Below, one piece after another: positions 25,001-37,422 of a stretch of DNA of 64,000 bases. Where the stretch lies: contig CATNEN010000003.1 of NCBI GenBank assembly GCA_950097015.1, positions 1,302,001 through 1,366,000 on the forward strand, given 5' to 3'. Made by a program: the position numbers and the translations under genes. The stretch comes from Macrostomum hystrix. Its lineage: Eukaryota; Animalia; Platyhelminthes. The notes under the pieces were generated by a model that was given only the letters and a program-made list of their open reading frames with translations, had not been told where the DNA came from and ran no database searches. Numbering within the stretch: position 1 is the first letter of the stretch; each line of letters begins with the position of its first letter.

Positions 25001-26024
25001 AAATGAATAATTAGCTCACACCTCAGCGTCACTGCCTCCGAGCTGCCTCCAGCGGTCGCTGCTGTCGAAGGCCTCCCAGCTGGCGCGGCACGGATCCTCC
25101 AGCTGCAGCTCCAGCGGGAGGCTCGCGGCTCCGACCACCGACACGGGCGAGCCGACCGCACCTGCTGCCTGCCACTGGCCATCTGCAACACGAGTGTCTT
25201 GCTGACATACTGACTGTCTCAGACTGACTGTCTCAGACTGACTGTCTCAGACTGACTGTCTCAGACTGACTGTCTCAGACTGACTGTCTCAGACTGACTG
25301 TCTCAGACTGACTGTCTCAGACTGACTGTCTCAGACTGACTGTCTCAGACTGACTGTCTCAGACTGACTGTCTCAGACTGACTGTCTCAGACTGACTGTC
25401 TCAGACTGACTGTCTCAGACTGACTGTCTCAGACTGACTGTCTCAGACTGACTGTCTCAGACTGACTGTCTCAGACTGACTGTCTCAGACTGACTGTCTC
25501 AGACTGACTGTCTCAGACTGACTGTCTCAGACTGACTGTCTCAGACTGACTGTCTCAGACTCACACTGTCTCAGCATCGGTCATGAGAACAAATGAAGGT
25601 CAGCGTCACTCACCCCAGCCTCGCACGCTCACCCGATCCAGCACCATCGGCTGCCTCAGCTGCATCACAAGCCACCGAGGTCCGGACCGCACAGCAGCTG
25701 GGAATTGGTTTGTCTCCGACCGGTCATTTTGCCACCGCTGGCAGTCACCGTCCGGCTGCCAGGTGCGCACAATGTCGGTGCTTCTGAGTCCAACTGTGAC
25801 AGCATCGATGGTGAAATGAGCCAAGCGTTCAGTTTGATGTCTGCATGCAAAATAGTCCCACCTGTCTCATTTAGAGGCCATAAATACCTAATTAAATGCC
25901 TCTGCTTATTGATCTCACCTGTGCGGCTCACATTTTTGCAGTCCGAAACACCATTCGTGAGCTGCAGACATGGTAACAGAATCCAAAATGGCAGGTGCCA
26001 ACGGCTCTTAGTTGATTTAAACAT
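22089..26024 (-). CDS. Type I membrane receptor: signal peptide, discoidin/F5-8-like domain, four Ig-like domains, TM, tyrosine-motif tail (~736 aa)
   Basis: 14 phase-consistent GT-AG exons: 25919-26024, 25614-25793, 25022-25182, 24891-24957, 24625-24803, 24407-24548, 24178-24332, 23960-24110, 23660-23826, 23441-23585, 23239-23306, 22863-23173, 22566-22650, 22089-22382. WLVMQLRQPMVLDRVSVRG and FLRMSSWRPLSW are discoidin-like; DHGMLLQC, DANAEIVC, GGWKVRC and LQGLIVQC are Ig F-strand-like; TM AAAAAFIVVIVAVVI; tail has YEQI, YMNI, VNYPSI. Domain names are inference. Confidence 0.72.
25210..25574 (+). repeat. 14-bp tandem repeat (CTGACTGTCTCAGA)n, ~26 copies, in receptor intron 2
   Basis: Near-perfect tandem units. 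Confidence 0.97.
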
Positions 26025-26574
26025 TTTTTCTTGGCATTGGTGTTGGAATAGGTACAAAAAGTAAGTTTCAAAGTTGTTTATGGCGCTGGAGTGTAACTTA
26101 TATTAGTTTGCCTTGAAGCTAATATTCAGGTTAAAATTGACCGGGACAAAACAGTTTTACCGGAACCTGCCTGCTGATTCAATGTGTCGATAATGACAGC
26201 TAATTCACATCGCAGCAGCTGGCAATCAGGTAGAAACCAAATGACTCATTACCCTTGCTAATGTTTATAAATGTTTAAGCTTTAAAAGTTTAAAACTGTG
26301 CTGGTAAAATCTCGTCACTAAAGTGTGTTCTGAAATGCTAGCTGCAGAAGTTCCCCTAAATTGGACACAACTATAGCGCTTGTTTCTGAGCGAACAAAAA
26401 TTTAGTTCTAGACACAAAACTTATAGAATATTTTTAACAAAAACTCAGGGACTACTATAAAACACTCGAGTGTTTTAGTAGCTCTGCAGAAACTATTGCA
26501 TTTGTTTAAGCACATGTTGTCAAATCGGTTCTAAAAGCTTTCAAGAATGAGTTAGAGTAATAATATGTAGGGGC

Positions 26575-26838
26575 TCATCACCATTTGTTACACCTTGCTC
26601 CAATTGGTCTAGATGAGCAGACGATTGCGCGGGACTTCTGAAGGCTGTGAACGGCTGCTCCGTGCCAATGCCATCCATCTGTTGACGCCACACCCCCTCT
26701 CAATAACTCCAGCTGGGTGAACTGAAGAAACAGTGCAGTGTCTAATTACTAAAGGACAAAAATTGTTCCACTGTACTGGAGTCAAGACTCGAACCCCCGA
26801 CCTTCAAGCAACGCCCTTACCACTAGGCTACAACACCC
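26575..26838 (-). mobile_element. tRNA-derived CORE-like SINE
   Basis: Minus strand GTAGCCTAGTGGTAAG (A box), GGTTCGAGTCTT (B box), then GTCCTTTAGTAATTAGACACTGCAC..GTTCACCCAGCTGG, CORE-like. Confidence 0.6.
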
Positions 26839-27581
26839 TACGATTCTAAAAGTATGTTACGTGATTCTCTTAATTTTCATTAATATTTTGCCAAAGACCT
26901 GACTTAATTTACAAAGTGTTGAATAAGGATTAAAAATATATTAACTAAACGCCTGTACAAACTATTAATCTACGGAATAAATAAAATATCAAACATAAAT
27001 CACTTTCTGATTTTGTAAGTCTGGAACAGCTGCGAGTACATACAACAGCGCGAGCTCATGCGAATGCTTCAAAAAGTTAGAGAAGTTACCTGGCTTATGC
27101 TTGAAGCACCCTAGATACCATTTTTCTCAGTATCGGACCATTGTATCGCGCGATACATTTTATTTAGTCCGATAATCTGATAATCCGATAATCTAGTACT
27201 AATACATCTTTGCTTTTTTCGACTAAAAAGCCTGGAAAGGATTAAAGAAAATAACAAAAATTTACGTTAATTACATGATTTCTGTATTTCGATTTTCGAT
27301 CAATTAAATATTTCATTAAGTTTTTGTTCTGATTCTGAACACTCACTGTCATTATTGACGAGTGACAACTGACGACGAGTCCACGACTAACTAGCTAATA
27401 ACTACAACACAAACTACTACATCAAGTTATTTTCTAATTTAATTATTTGTTTTATTTTAACTTGTATTAAAACATAGTTGCTTTAAATTTAATTAGTGAG
27501 TTCTTGTACTGGCAACTCATAATTTTACTGTTACTTATAAAAATATAATTTCAATTTATTTCAGGGGCGGAAAAATCAGTC

Positions 27582-27965
27582 AGGGGCGGATAGCTCAGTC
27601 ACTCTGGATCAGATGGTCCTGGGTTCGACTCCCGACCTAGTCTAGAACTATTCGTGCAGCCTTTTGCAAGCTGCTTTGCCCTGATGTGCACACAGTCTAC
27701 TCAGCTGCAAATGAGTACCGACATTTCGTCGGGTAATAATAATTCCGGCTGGCGTGGAATAAAGCAGTTCTGAGCGGCAATTCTGTGGGGTTTGGATGCT
27801 GCCGATATGTTTGGAAAAAATAAACTCCATTGCTGACACGCGGCTGTCAACCGGTGTCCGAGAGAGCCGGGGAGTACAATAGGTGTGCAGTCCCACCTGC
27901 TAGTGTGCCTGACACACAACACCTGCACTGGCCCTTGGGTCTAGTGTCAATTATTATTATTATTT
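27582..27965 (+). mobile_element. tRNA-derived SINE, family B
   Basis: GGGGCGGATAGCTCAGTC head, GGTTCGACTCCC B box, 3' GGGTCTAGTGTC plus (ATT)n tail. Confidence 0.75.
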
Positions 27966-28155
27966 TAATTAATTTCAATTTCCAACAATCATTCACCCAT
28001 TTAATCCAATTCTCTGGCCAGCCACTTCTCACTAGAGTCCTTAGCGTCTAAGAATGAACTTACTAAAAACTTATCTTCAATTTTAGGCTTACTATTTTAG
28101 GCGTATCGCGCCCAACACTGGTCTATGGCAGAGACTGAAGCTGCAGACGGACTAA

Positions 28156-31100
28156 ATGTGGAATCGCGATATTTGCTCTGAGTAGAACTCAGAAATATTT
28201 AAGAACTTTATGACTATAGCCCATTCGATTGAGTTGAAATTTTGAAGGATTGTGTACAAATCATCGGTAGTTGTCATGACATCGGCTGAGCAGCAGCAGC
28301 ACCAGCAATTCGTTGTCAATGTGAGTATTGACAATGTCTTGGTGAGAATCAAATCGCCGGACAAGCGTCTGTTCCTAATGACTGAGGCTACGGACACTGA
28401 GAAGGGCCTCTGGCTGGAGGTTGGGCAGACTGACAAGACCGGCCTGTTGAAGTACGCCCTGCGAAACTGCCCCGCAGTGGAGGAGTCCGAATGTCTTCAG
28501 TCGCTCGCCTTATATATGCATCCAGCTGGGCCGCCTAATGGTAATTTTGAGTGCTCTTCAATGAGCCGATGAGTGTGCTATGCTTGCTCAGGTTTTGCTG
28601 CAGATCGCTAATACCAGACTGACAGAGGTCTCTGCCCTGTCTCATCTCTCCCGTGTCTCATCTCTCCCGTGTCTCATCTCCCCCTGTCTCATCTCCCCTG
28701 TCTCATCTCTCCCGTGTCTCATCTCCCCTGTCTCATCTCTCCCGTGTCTCATCTCCCCTGTCTCATCTCTCCCGTGTCTCATCTCCCCTGTCTCATCTCT
28801 CCCGTGTCTCATCTCTCCCCTGTCTCATCTCTCCCGTGTCTCATCTCTCCCGTGTCACATCTCTCCCGTGTCTCATCTCCCCTGTCTCATCTCCCCTGTC
28901 TCATCTCTCCCGTGTCTCATCTCTCCCCTGTCTCATCTCTCCCGTGTCTCATCTCTCCCGTGTCACATCTCTCCCGTGTCTCATCTCCCCTGTCTCATCT
29001 CCCCTGTCTCATCTCCCCCTGTCTCATCTCCCCTGTCTCATCTCTCCCGTGTCTCATCTCCCCCTGTCTCATCTCCCCTGTCTCATCTCTCCCGTGTCTC
29101 ATCTCCCCTGTCTCATCTCTCCCGTGTCTCATCTCTCCCGTGTCTCATCTCTCCTGTCTCATCTCTCCCCTGTCTCATCTCTCCCGTGTCTCATCTCCCC
29201 TGTCTCATCTCTCCCGTGTCTCATCTCTCCCGTGTCTCATCTCTCCTGTCTCATCTCTCCCGTGTCTCATCTCTCCCGTGTCTCATCTCCCCCTGTCTCA
29301 TCTCCCCTGTCTCATCTCTCCCGTGTCTCATCTCCCCCTGTCTCATCTCTCCCGTGTCTCATCTCCCCTGTCTCATCTCTCCCGTGTCTCATCTCCCCTG
29401 TCTCATCTCTCCCGTGTCTCATCTCTCCCCTGTCTCATCTCTCCCGTGTCTCATCTCTCCCGTGTCACATCTCTCCCGTGTCTCATCTCCCCTGTCTCAT
29501 CTCCCGTGTCTCATCTCCCCCTGTCTCATCTCCCCTGTCTCATCTCTCCCGTGTCTCATCTCCCCTGTCTCATCTCTCCCGTGTCTCATCTCTCCCGTGT
29601 CTCATCTCTCCTGTCTCATCTCTCCCGTGTCTCATCTCTCCCGTGTCTCATCTCTCCCTGTCTCATCTCCCCTGTCTCATCTCTCCCGTGTCTCATCTCC
29701 CCTGTCTCATCTCTCCCGTGTCTCATCTCTCCCCTGTCTCATCTCTCCCGTGTCTCATCTCTCCCGTGTCACATCTCTCCCGTGTCTCATCTCCCCTGTC
29801 TCATCTCCCGTGTCTCATCTCCCCCTGTCTCATCTCCCCTGTCTCATCTCTCCCGTGTCTCATCTCCCCTGTCTCATCTCTCCCGTGTCTCATCTCTCCC
29901 ATGTCTCATCTCCCCTGTCTCATCTCTCCCGTGTCTCATCTCCCCCTGTCTCATCTCCCCTGTCTCATCTCTCCCGTGTCTCATCTCCCCTGTCTCATCT
30001 CTCCCGTGTCTCATCTCTCCCGTGTCTCATCTCCCCTGTCTCATCTCTCCCGTGTCCCATCTCCCCCTGTCTCATCTCTTCCGTGTCTCATCTCTCTCCT
30101 GTCTCATCTCTCCCCTGTCTCATCTCTCCAGTGTCTCATCTCTCCCGTGTCTCATCTCTCTCCAGTCTCATCTCTCCCGTGTCTCATCTCCCCCTGTCTC
30201 ATCTCTCCCGTGTCTCATCTCCCCTGTCTCATCTCTCCCGTGTCTCATCTCTCTCCTGTCTCATCTCTCCCCTGTCTCATCTCTCCAGTGTCTCATCTCT
30301 CTCCAGTCTCATCTTTCCCGTGTCTCATCTCCCCCTGTCTCATCTCTCCCGTGTCTCATCTCTCCCCTGTCTCATCTCTCCCGTGTCTCATCTCTCCCGT
30401 GTCACATCTCTCCCGTGTCTCATCTCCCCTGTCTCATCTCCCCTGTCTCATCTCTCCCGTGTCTCATCTCTCCCCTGTCTCATCTCTCCCGTGTCTCATC
30501 TCTCCCGTGTCACATCTCTCCCGTGTCTCATCTCCCCTGTCTCATCTCCCCTGTCTCATCTCCCCCTGTCTCATCTCCCCTGTCTCATCTCTCCCGTGTC
30601 TCATCTCCCCCTGTCTCATCTCCCCTGTCTCATCTCTCCCGTGTCTCATCTCCCCTGTCTCATCTCTCCCGTGTCTCATCTCTCCCGTGTCTCATCTCTC
30701 CTGTCTCATCTCTCCCCTGTCTCATCTCTCCCGTGTCTCATCTCCCCTGTCTCATCTCTCCCGTGTCTCATCTCTCCCGTGTCTCATCTCTCCCGTGTCT
30801 CATCTCTCCTGTCTCATCTCTCCCCTGTCTCATCTCTCCCGTGTCTCATCTCCCCTGTCTCATCTCTCCCGTGTCTCATCTCTCCCGTGTCTCATCTCTC
30901 CCGTGTCTCATCTCCCCCTGTCTCATCTCCCCTGTCTCATCTCTCCCGTGTCTCATCTCCCCTGTCTCATCTCTCCCGTGTCTCATCTCCCCTGTCTCAT
31001 CTCTCCCGTGTCTCATCTCTCCCCTGTCTCATCTCTCCCGTGTCTCATCTCTCCCGTGTCACATCTCTCCCGTGTCTCATCTCCCCTGTCTCATCTCCCG

Positions 31101-34100
31101 TGTCTCATCTCCCCCTGTCTCATCTCCCCTGTCTCATCTCTCCCGTGTCTCATCTCTCCCGTGTCTCATCTCCCCTGTCTCATCTCTCCCGTGTCTCATC
31201 TCTCCCGTGTCTCATCTCTCCTGTCTCATCTCTCCCGTGTCTCATCTCTCCCTGTCTCATCTCCCCTGTCTCATCTCTCCCGTGTCTCATCTCCCCTGTC
31301 TCATCTCTCCCGTGTCTCATCTCTCCCGTGTCTTATCTCCCCTGTCTCATCTCTCCCGTGTCTCATCTCCCCTGTCTCATCTCTCCCGTGTCTCATCTCT
31401 CCCCTGTCTCATCTCTCCCGTGTCTCATCTCCCCTGTCTCATCTCTCCCGTGTCTCATCTCTCCCGTGTCTCATCTCTCCCGTGTCTCATCTCTCCCGTG
31501 TCTCATCTCCCCTGTCTCATCTCTCCCGTGTCTCATCTCTCCCGTGTCACATCTCTCCCGTGTCTCATCTCCCCTGTCTCATCTCCCGTGTCTCATCTCC
31601 CCCTGTCTCATCTCCCCTGTCTCATCTCTCCCGTGTCTCATCTCCCCTGTCTCATCTCTCCCGTGTCTCATCTCTCCCGTGTCTCATCTCCCCTGTCTCA
31701 TCTCTCCCGTGTCTCATCTCTCCCGTGTCTCATCTCTCCCCTGTCTCATCTCTCCCGTGTCTCATCTCTCCCGTGTCTCATCACTCCCGTGTCTCATCTC
31801 CCCCTGTCTCATCTCCCCTGTCTCATCTCTCCCGTGTCTCATCTCCCCCTGTCTCATCTCCCCTGTCTCATCTCTCCCGTGTCTCATCTCCCCCTGTCTC
31901 ATCCCTCCCGTGTCCCATCTCCCCCTGTCTCATCTCTTCCGTGTCTCATCTCTCTCCTGTCTCATCTCTCCCCTGTCTCATCTCTCCAGTGTCTCATCTC
32001 TCCCGTGTCTCATCTCTCTCCAGTCTCATCTCTCCCGTGTCTCATCTCCCCCTGTCTCATCTCTCCCGTGTCTCATCTCCCCTGTCTCATCTCTCCCGTG
32101 TCTCATCTCTCTCCTGTCTCATCTCTCCCCTGTCTCATCTCTCCAGTGTCTCATCTCTCTCCAGTCTCATCTCTCCCGTGTCTCATCTCCCCCTGTCTCA
32201 TCTCTCCCGTGTCTCATCTCCCCTGTCTCATCTCTCCCGTGTCCCATCTCTCCCGTGTCCCATCTCCCCCTGTCTCATCTCTCCCGTGTCTCATCTCTCT
32301 CCTGTCTCATCTCTCCCCTGTCTCATCTCTCCAGTGTCTCATCTCTCTCCAGTCTCATCTCTCCCGTGTCTCATCTCCCCTGTCTCATCTCTCCCGTGTC
32401 TCATCTCCCCTGTCTCATCTCTCCCGTGTCTCATCTCTCCCGTGTCCCATCTCCCCCTGTCTCATCTCTCCCGTGTCTCATCTCTCTCCTGTCTCATCTC
32501 TCCCCTGTCTCATCTCTCCAGTGTCTCATCTCTCCCGTGTCTCATCTCTCCCCAGTCTCATCTCTCCCGTGTCTCATCTCTCTCCAGTCTCATCTCTCCC
32601 ATGTCTCATCTCTCCAGTGTCTTGTCTCTCCCGTGTGTCATCTCTCGCCTGTCTGAATTCTCTATAGTCTTATGTGTTCTGTATAATCTCCTCCATTTTA
32701 ATATTTAATCCTTTCTTTGTCCTCTTTCTCATGTGTCCTCCGTCTTATCTCTCCTCTGTCTCATCCCTCTTTTGTCTGTCGCATCTCATCTCTCACCTAT
32801 TAATTAGGCCCTCTGTCCTCAATTGTTTTTGCGTGCGTGGCCTTATACTTTGGCGAGTCCAGTTTAAAGAAATATTGAATAACACGTGACAATCACACAT
32901 GTGAGTCAGATTCTGCTATCAAACTACTTACTGCTGTCATTCACCAACTTTCCGCCATCGCAACTGGTCGACTAGATGAAAAACGCGCTGAGCCAGTCCG
33001 CCTTCTTCAGCTGCAATTGTACATCGATATATTCGACATTGCGAGCGATCCCTGCGAGTGCGGGCACGTCGCTGAGGTGTCAGTCGACTACGGCGCCAAG
33101 AATCAAAGTTCCATTAAAGATCGAATCGTCAACCGGAAACTGGCAGGAATTCCTCGGCCCAAGGAGCCGACCTACCTGTCCGTGACTTTCAGGCCATGCG
33201 ACGCGCCAGATGGAGAGCGCATTGTGAGGCACAAGATCAGCGAGAGCCTGTCCGTATATTGGCGCGACGTGTCACTTGATGGTGAGTTGGCGAATTCAGG
33301 CATTATCCGCATTATTTGAAAATGGAGAACACGGGCTAAAATATTCAACCAATCGCCATGAAAATGGAGAACACGGGCTAAAATATTCAACCAATCGCCA
33401 TGAAAATGGAGAACACGGGCTAAAATATTCAACCAATCGCCATGAAAATGGAGAACACGGGCTAAAATATTCAACCAATCGCCATGAAAATGGAGAACAC
33501 GGGCTAAAATATTCAACCAATCGCCATGAAAATGGGGAACACGGGCTAAAATATTCAACCAATCGCCATGAAAATGGAGAACACGGGCTAAAATATTCCG
33601 CTCTATTCGATAAAGAAACTTCCAGAATCATAAAATATCGGCATCATCAAGATATTCAACGGTTCTCGTCGGGGTGTCTGGTGGTAAAAACCACCAATTT
33701 AGGAACATTTTTCTGCTCACAGAATTTCATCGTTTCATCATTTCGGCTATCATTTTTAACTATTTTGGATTGATTAAATTTTTATAATAGTGGATAATTT
33801 GGTATCGTTTTACAAGGCAGTCCCAAAAATAGGCAGTCACTTTTTGAGAAGGCTCTGCGCGCTCCGAATGTACTAAACTTTTAGTTTTCATTAATTAAAG
33901 TACTCATCACGAAAACTCAAATGCAGCCTCTTCAAAGTGCGTCATTAAGAGCTGCGAGATTGGCTTCGACGAAGTAATGGTTGCCATCCTGTTGAAGGCG
34001 AATGCCATTCAAATCTTCGCAATGTCCAACAATCTCTGGGCTATTACTAAGCGCCGCGAGTATGAATGGGTGTCGGCGGTGCTGAACTCACCCAGTCCGG

Positions 34101-34756
34101 AGACTTTCGTTGAAGATAAGGACGAATTCTTTGTTGGCTGCAGGTAAGAATAGCTAGCTTAATCTGTGTGGACCTGCGACACTTAATAGTCTCGATTCCT
34201 TCAGAACACATTGATCGATTCTCACAGCCTGACCCCTTCGGTTCTTCAGAGAGTTGTCGATTCTCACAGCCTGACCCCTCCGGTTCCCCAGAGAGTTGTC
34301 GGTTCTCACAGCCTGACCCCTTCGGTTCTTCAGAGAGTTGTCGATTCTCACAGCCTGACCCCTTCGGTTCCTCAGAGAGTTGTCGATTCTCACATTCCTG
34401 ATTCTTCCTCGAAACGCCATCTAAACAGGTTTGACGGCTCTCTGAAAGTGTTCGCGAAGATCATTCGCATCGATGAGTTCTACAACATTGAGATGCTGGA
34501 GAATTTGCAGGGAAGAATCTCATTCTACCAGGTGCGCTCCAACGAGGAAACAAAACAACTCGAGGAGTACTGCCTGAAGCCGGAACAGGACCTCTCAGAC
34601 GCCACCATCACTCTGGAAGGACCGCAGAGCCATTGCTTAGTGAAGCTGCTCGTTAGACCAAAGTCAGTGCAGAGCTATCCCAGGGCCAGTCTAACAATGA
34701 GAGACACAATTCGTTGGTCCACATTCGACCCAGAAAAGTCTACGAATAGCATCTGA
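28156..34756 (+). CDS. Unrecognised protein (~389 aa), 5 exons
   Basis: join(28156..28181 tentative,28248..28540,32976..33281,33927..34143,34429..34756); phases 2/1/1/2 are consistent with GT-AG and the frame is open. No domain recognised. Confidence 0.68.
28636..32655 (+). repeat. ~4-kb pyrimidine-rich satellite of 13-16 bp units (GTCTCATCTCTCCCGT variants) within one intron
   Basis: Continuous tandem variants; stop-free in all three + frames only because of composition. Confidence 0.97.
33318..33598 (+). repeat. 42-bp minisatellite (~6.7 copies), intronic
   Basis: Unit GAAAATGGAGAACACGGGCTAAAATATTCAACCAATCGCCAT. Confidence 0.95.
34215..34394 (+). repeat. 42-bp minisatellite (~4 copies), intronic
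   Basis: Unit CGATTCTCACAGCCTGACCCCTTCGGTTCTTCAGAGAGTTGT. Confidence 0.93.
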
Positions 34757-35409
34757 CAGACCTGGGTGGTTCAGTGGGCATCTGGGCCAAGGACCACCAG
34801 AAGAAGAAGGAGGGGAAACTTTGTTTCTTGCGAAATTTGTTAAAGGCGGAAAATGCACTAGGTAGATAGGAACTATTTATGTCTTTCACATTAAAATGTT
34901 GATAAATCTTTATAGGAAAGATATCTAATTCTGTAAATGAAGCCTTCTAAAATTTGGTGAAGCAATGTGTTTTGCAAGATATATTAAAAGAACAGCATTG
35001 TATTTGCTTCCAATAGAAAGTTATCAACATTTTTATGTAAAAAGGAAAAAAGTTCCTATCTCGCTAGTGTATTTTTTCCGTGAAAATCAGCCTTCAATAT
35101 CTTTTCCGAGAAACGAAGTGCTTCATCCTTCTTCTTCTATTGGTCCTTGATCTGGGCATGCACATTTTGGTTTCAAAGCATAGATCAATTTGTTCTTCAC
35201 AAACTATCGCCTTTCGTTTGAGCTTTGCAGTGGTGTACCAATACTCTGTATCTAAAATCAATGGAAGTGAATAAAACTTAATTTTTGTCAGACGACTGAA
35301 AGACAAAGAAAACAAAGGACAGATGAAAGAAATAATGAATTTTATTGTAAAAAACATTTTCAACAGACTTTATTCAGTGAATTTTGCTGAAGGTCTTGTT
35401 CCCGATGGT

Positions 35410-36275
35410 CCTGTCTTTCAGGAACCCGAACCTGTCCTATTGGAACCCAAACCTGTCATTCAGGAACCCAAACCTGTCCTATTGGAACCCAAACCTGTCA
35501 TTCAGGAACCCAAACCTGTCCTATTGGAACCCAAACCTGTCATTCAGGAACCCAAACCTGTCATTCAGGAATCCAAACCTGCCATACAGGAACCCAAACC
35601 TGTCATTCAGGAATCCAAACCTGTCATTCAGGAACCCAAACCTGTCATTCAGGAACCCAAACCTGTCATTCAGGAATCCAAACCTGCCATACAGGAACCC
35701 AAACCTGTCATTCAGGAATCCAAACCTGCCATACAGGAACCCAAACCTGTCATTCAGGAACCCAAACTTGTCTTTCAGGAACCCGAACCTGTCATTCAGG
35801 TTTCCTAATTTTATCGAATTGACTTTTAATTCAGAATTCATAAACCTGAGCCTAATTCAGGTTTCCGACCGAATGACAGGTTGGGTTCCTGAATGACGGG
35901 TTCCATTACCGAATGACAGGTTGGGTTCCTGAATGACGGGTTACATTACCGAATGACAGGTCTGGGTTCCCGAATTACAGGTTCTATTACTGAATGACAA
36001 GTTCAATTACTGAATGACAAGTTCAATTACTGAATGACAAGTTCAATTACCGAATGACAAGTTCAATTACCGAATGACAAGTTCAATTACCGAATGACAA
36101 GTTCAATTACTGAATGACAGGTTGGGTTCCCGAATGACAGGTTTGGGTTCCTGAATGACAGGTTTGGGTTCCTGAATGACAGGTTGGGTTCCCGAATGAC
36201 AGGTTTGGGTTCCTGAATGACAGGTTTGGGTTCCTGAATGACAGGTTTGGGTTCCTGAATGACAGGTTGGGTTCC
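35410..36275. repeat. Two arrays of a 19-21 bp unit (CAGGAACCCAAACCTGTCATT) in inverted orientation
   Basis: Forward array ~35410-35805; reverse-complement array ~35865-36275. Confidence 0.92.
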
Positions 36276-37217
36276 CCCACAATCCATGCTAGTGCCCCCC
36301 CACAATCCATGCTAGTGCCCCCCCACAATCCATGCTAGTGCCCCCCCACAATCCATGCTAGTGCCCCCCCACAATCCATGCTAGTGCCCCCCCACAATCC
36401 ATGCTAGTGCCTCCCACAATCCATGCTAGTGTCCCCCACAATCCATGCTAGTACCCCCCCACAATCCATGCTAGTGCCCCCCACAATCCATGCTAGTGCC
36501 CCCCACAATCCATGCTAGTGCCTCCCACAATCCATGCTAGTGCCCCCCCCCCACAATCCATTCTAGTGCCCCCCACAATCCACGCTAGTGCCCCCCACAA
36601 TCCATGCTAGTGCCTCCCACAATCCATGCTAGTGTCCCCCACAATCCATGCTAGTACCCCCCCACAATCCATGCTAGTACCCCCCCACAATCCATGCTAG
36701 TGCCCCTCCACAATCCATGGTAGTGCAGTGCTCCCCACAATCCATGCTAGTGCCCCCCACAATCCATGCTAGTGCCCCTCCACAATCCATGCTAGTGCCT
36801 CCCACAATCCATGCTAGTGTCCCCCACAATCCATGCTAGTGTCCCCCACAATCCATGCTAGTACCCCCCCACAATCCATGCTAGTACCCCCCCAAAATCC
36901 ATGCTAGTGCCCCTCCACAATCCATGGTAGTGCAGTGCTCCCCACAATCCATGCTAGTGCCCCCCACAATCCATGCTAGTGCCCCTCCACAATCCATGCT
37001 AGTGTCCCCCACAATCCATGCTAGTACCCCCCCACAATCCATGCTAGTGCCCCCCCACAATCCATGCTAGTGCCCCCCCACAATCCATGCTAGTGCCCCC
37101 CCACAATCCATGCTAGTACCCCCCCACAATCCATGCTAGTACCCCCCCACAATCCATGCTAGTGTCCCCCACAATCCATGCTAGTGCCCCCCCACAATCC
37201 ATGCTAGTGCCCCCAAC
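36275..37217 (+). repeat. 22-23 bp C-rich minisatellite (CCCCCCACAATCCATGCTAGTG)n
   Basis: ~40 tandem units with variable C-run length. Confidence 0.96.
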
Positions 37218-37422
37218 AATAGGGTCCAAATATGTATTCGCTGCCCTTCTCGTACTATCACCGAGCGCTTTTTACGGACCAATGGGAACACAAACATCGA
37301 CGTCCAATCAAAAGAGGTTTTCTGTCTCATACTTCCTATTTAGTGTATAGAAGAAATGGTGAATCCTGGCTGCAGCTGAGAATAGTCCAGCCAGTCTAAT
37401 CAATCATTAACTACTCATAAAA

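Noticed and set aside
25794-25841. Apparent frameshift in receptor exon 2 (pseudogene)
   Set aside because: It arises only with the acceptor at 25841; the acceptor at 25794 (GTCACAG) keeps the frame and matches the paralog's phase.
27582-27645. tRNA gene
   Set aside because: Cloverleaf incomplete and followed by a SINE body with ATT tail; the same applies to the other tRNA-like heads.
28580-32708. Three ~1350 aa ORFs
   Set aside because: Translation of a stop-free satellite inside an intron; all three frames give the same low-complexity peptide.
35323-35808. EPKPVIQ-repeat protein
   Set aside because: The same unit occurs inverted and as 19/20-bp frame-breaking variants nearby and at 42.6 kb, so it is a satellite.
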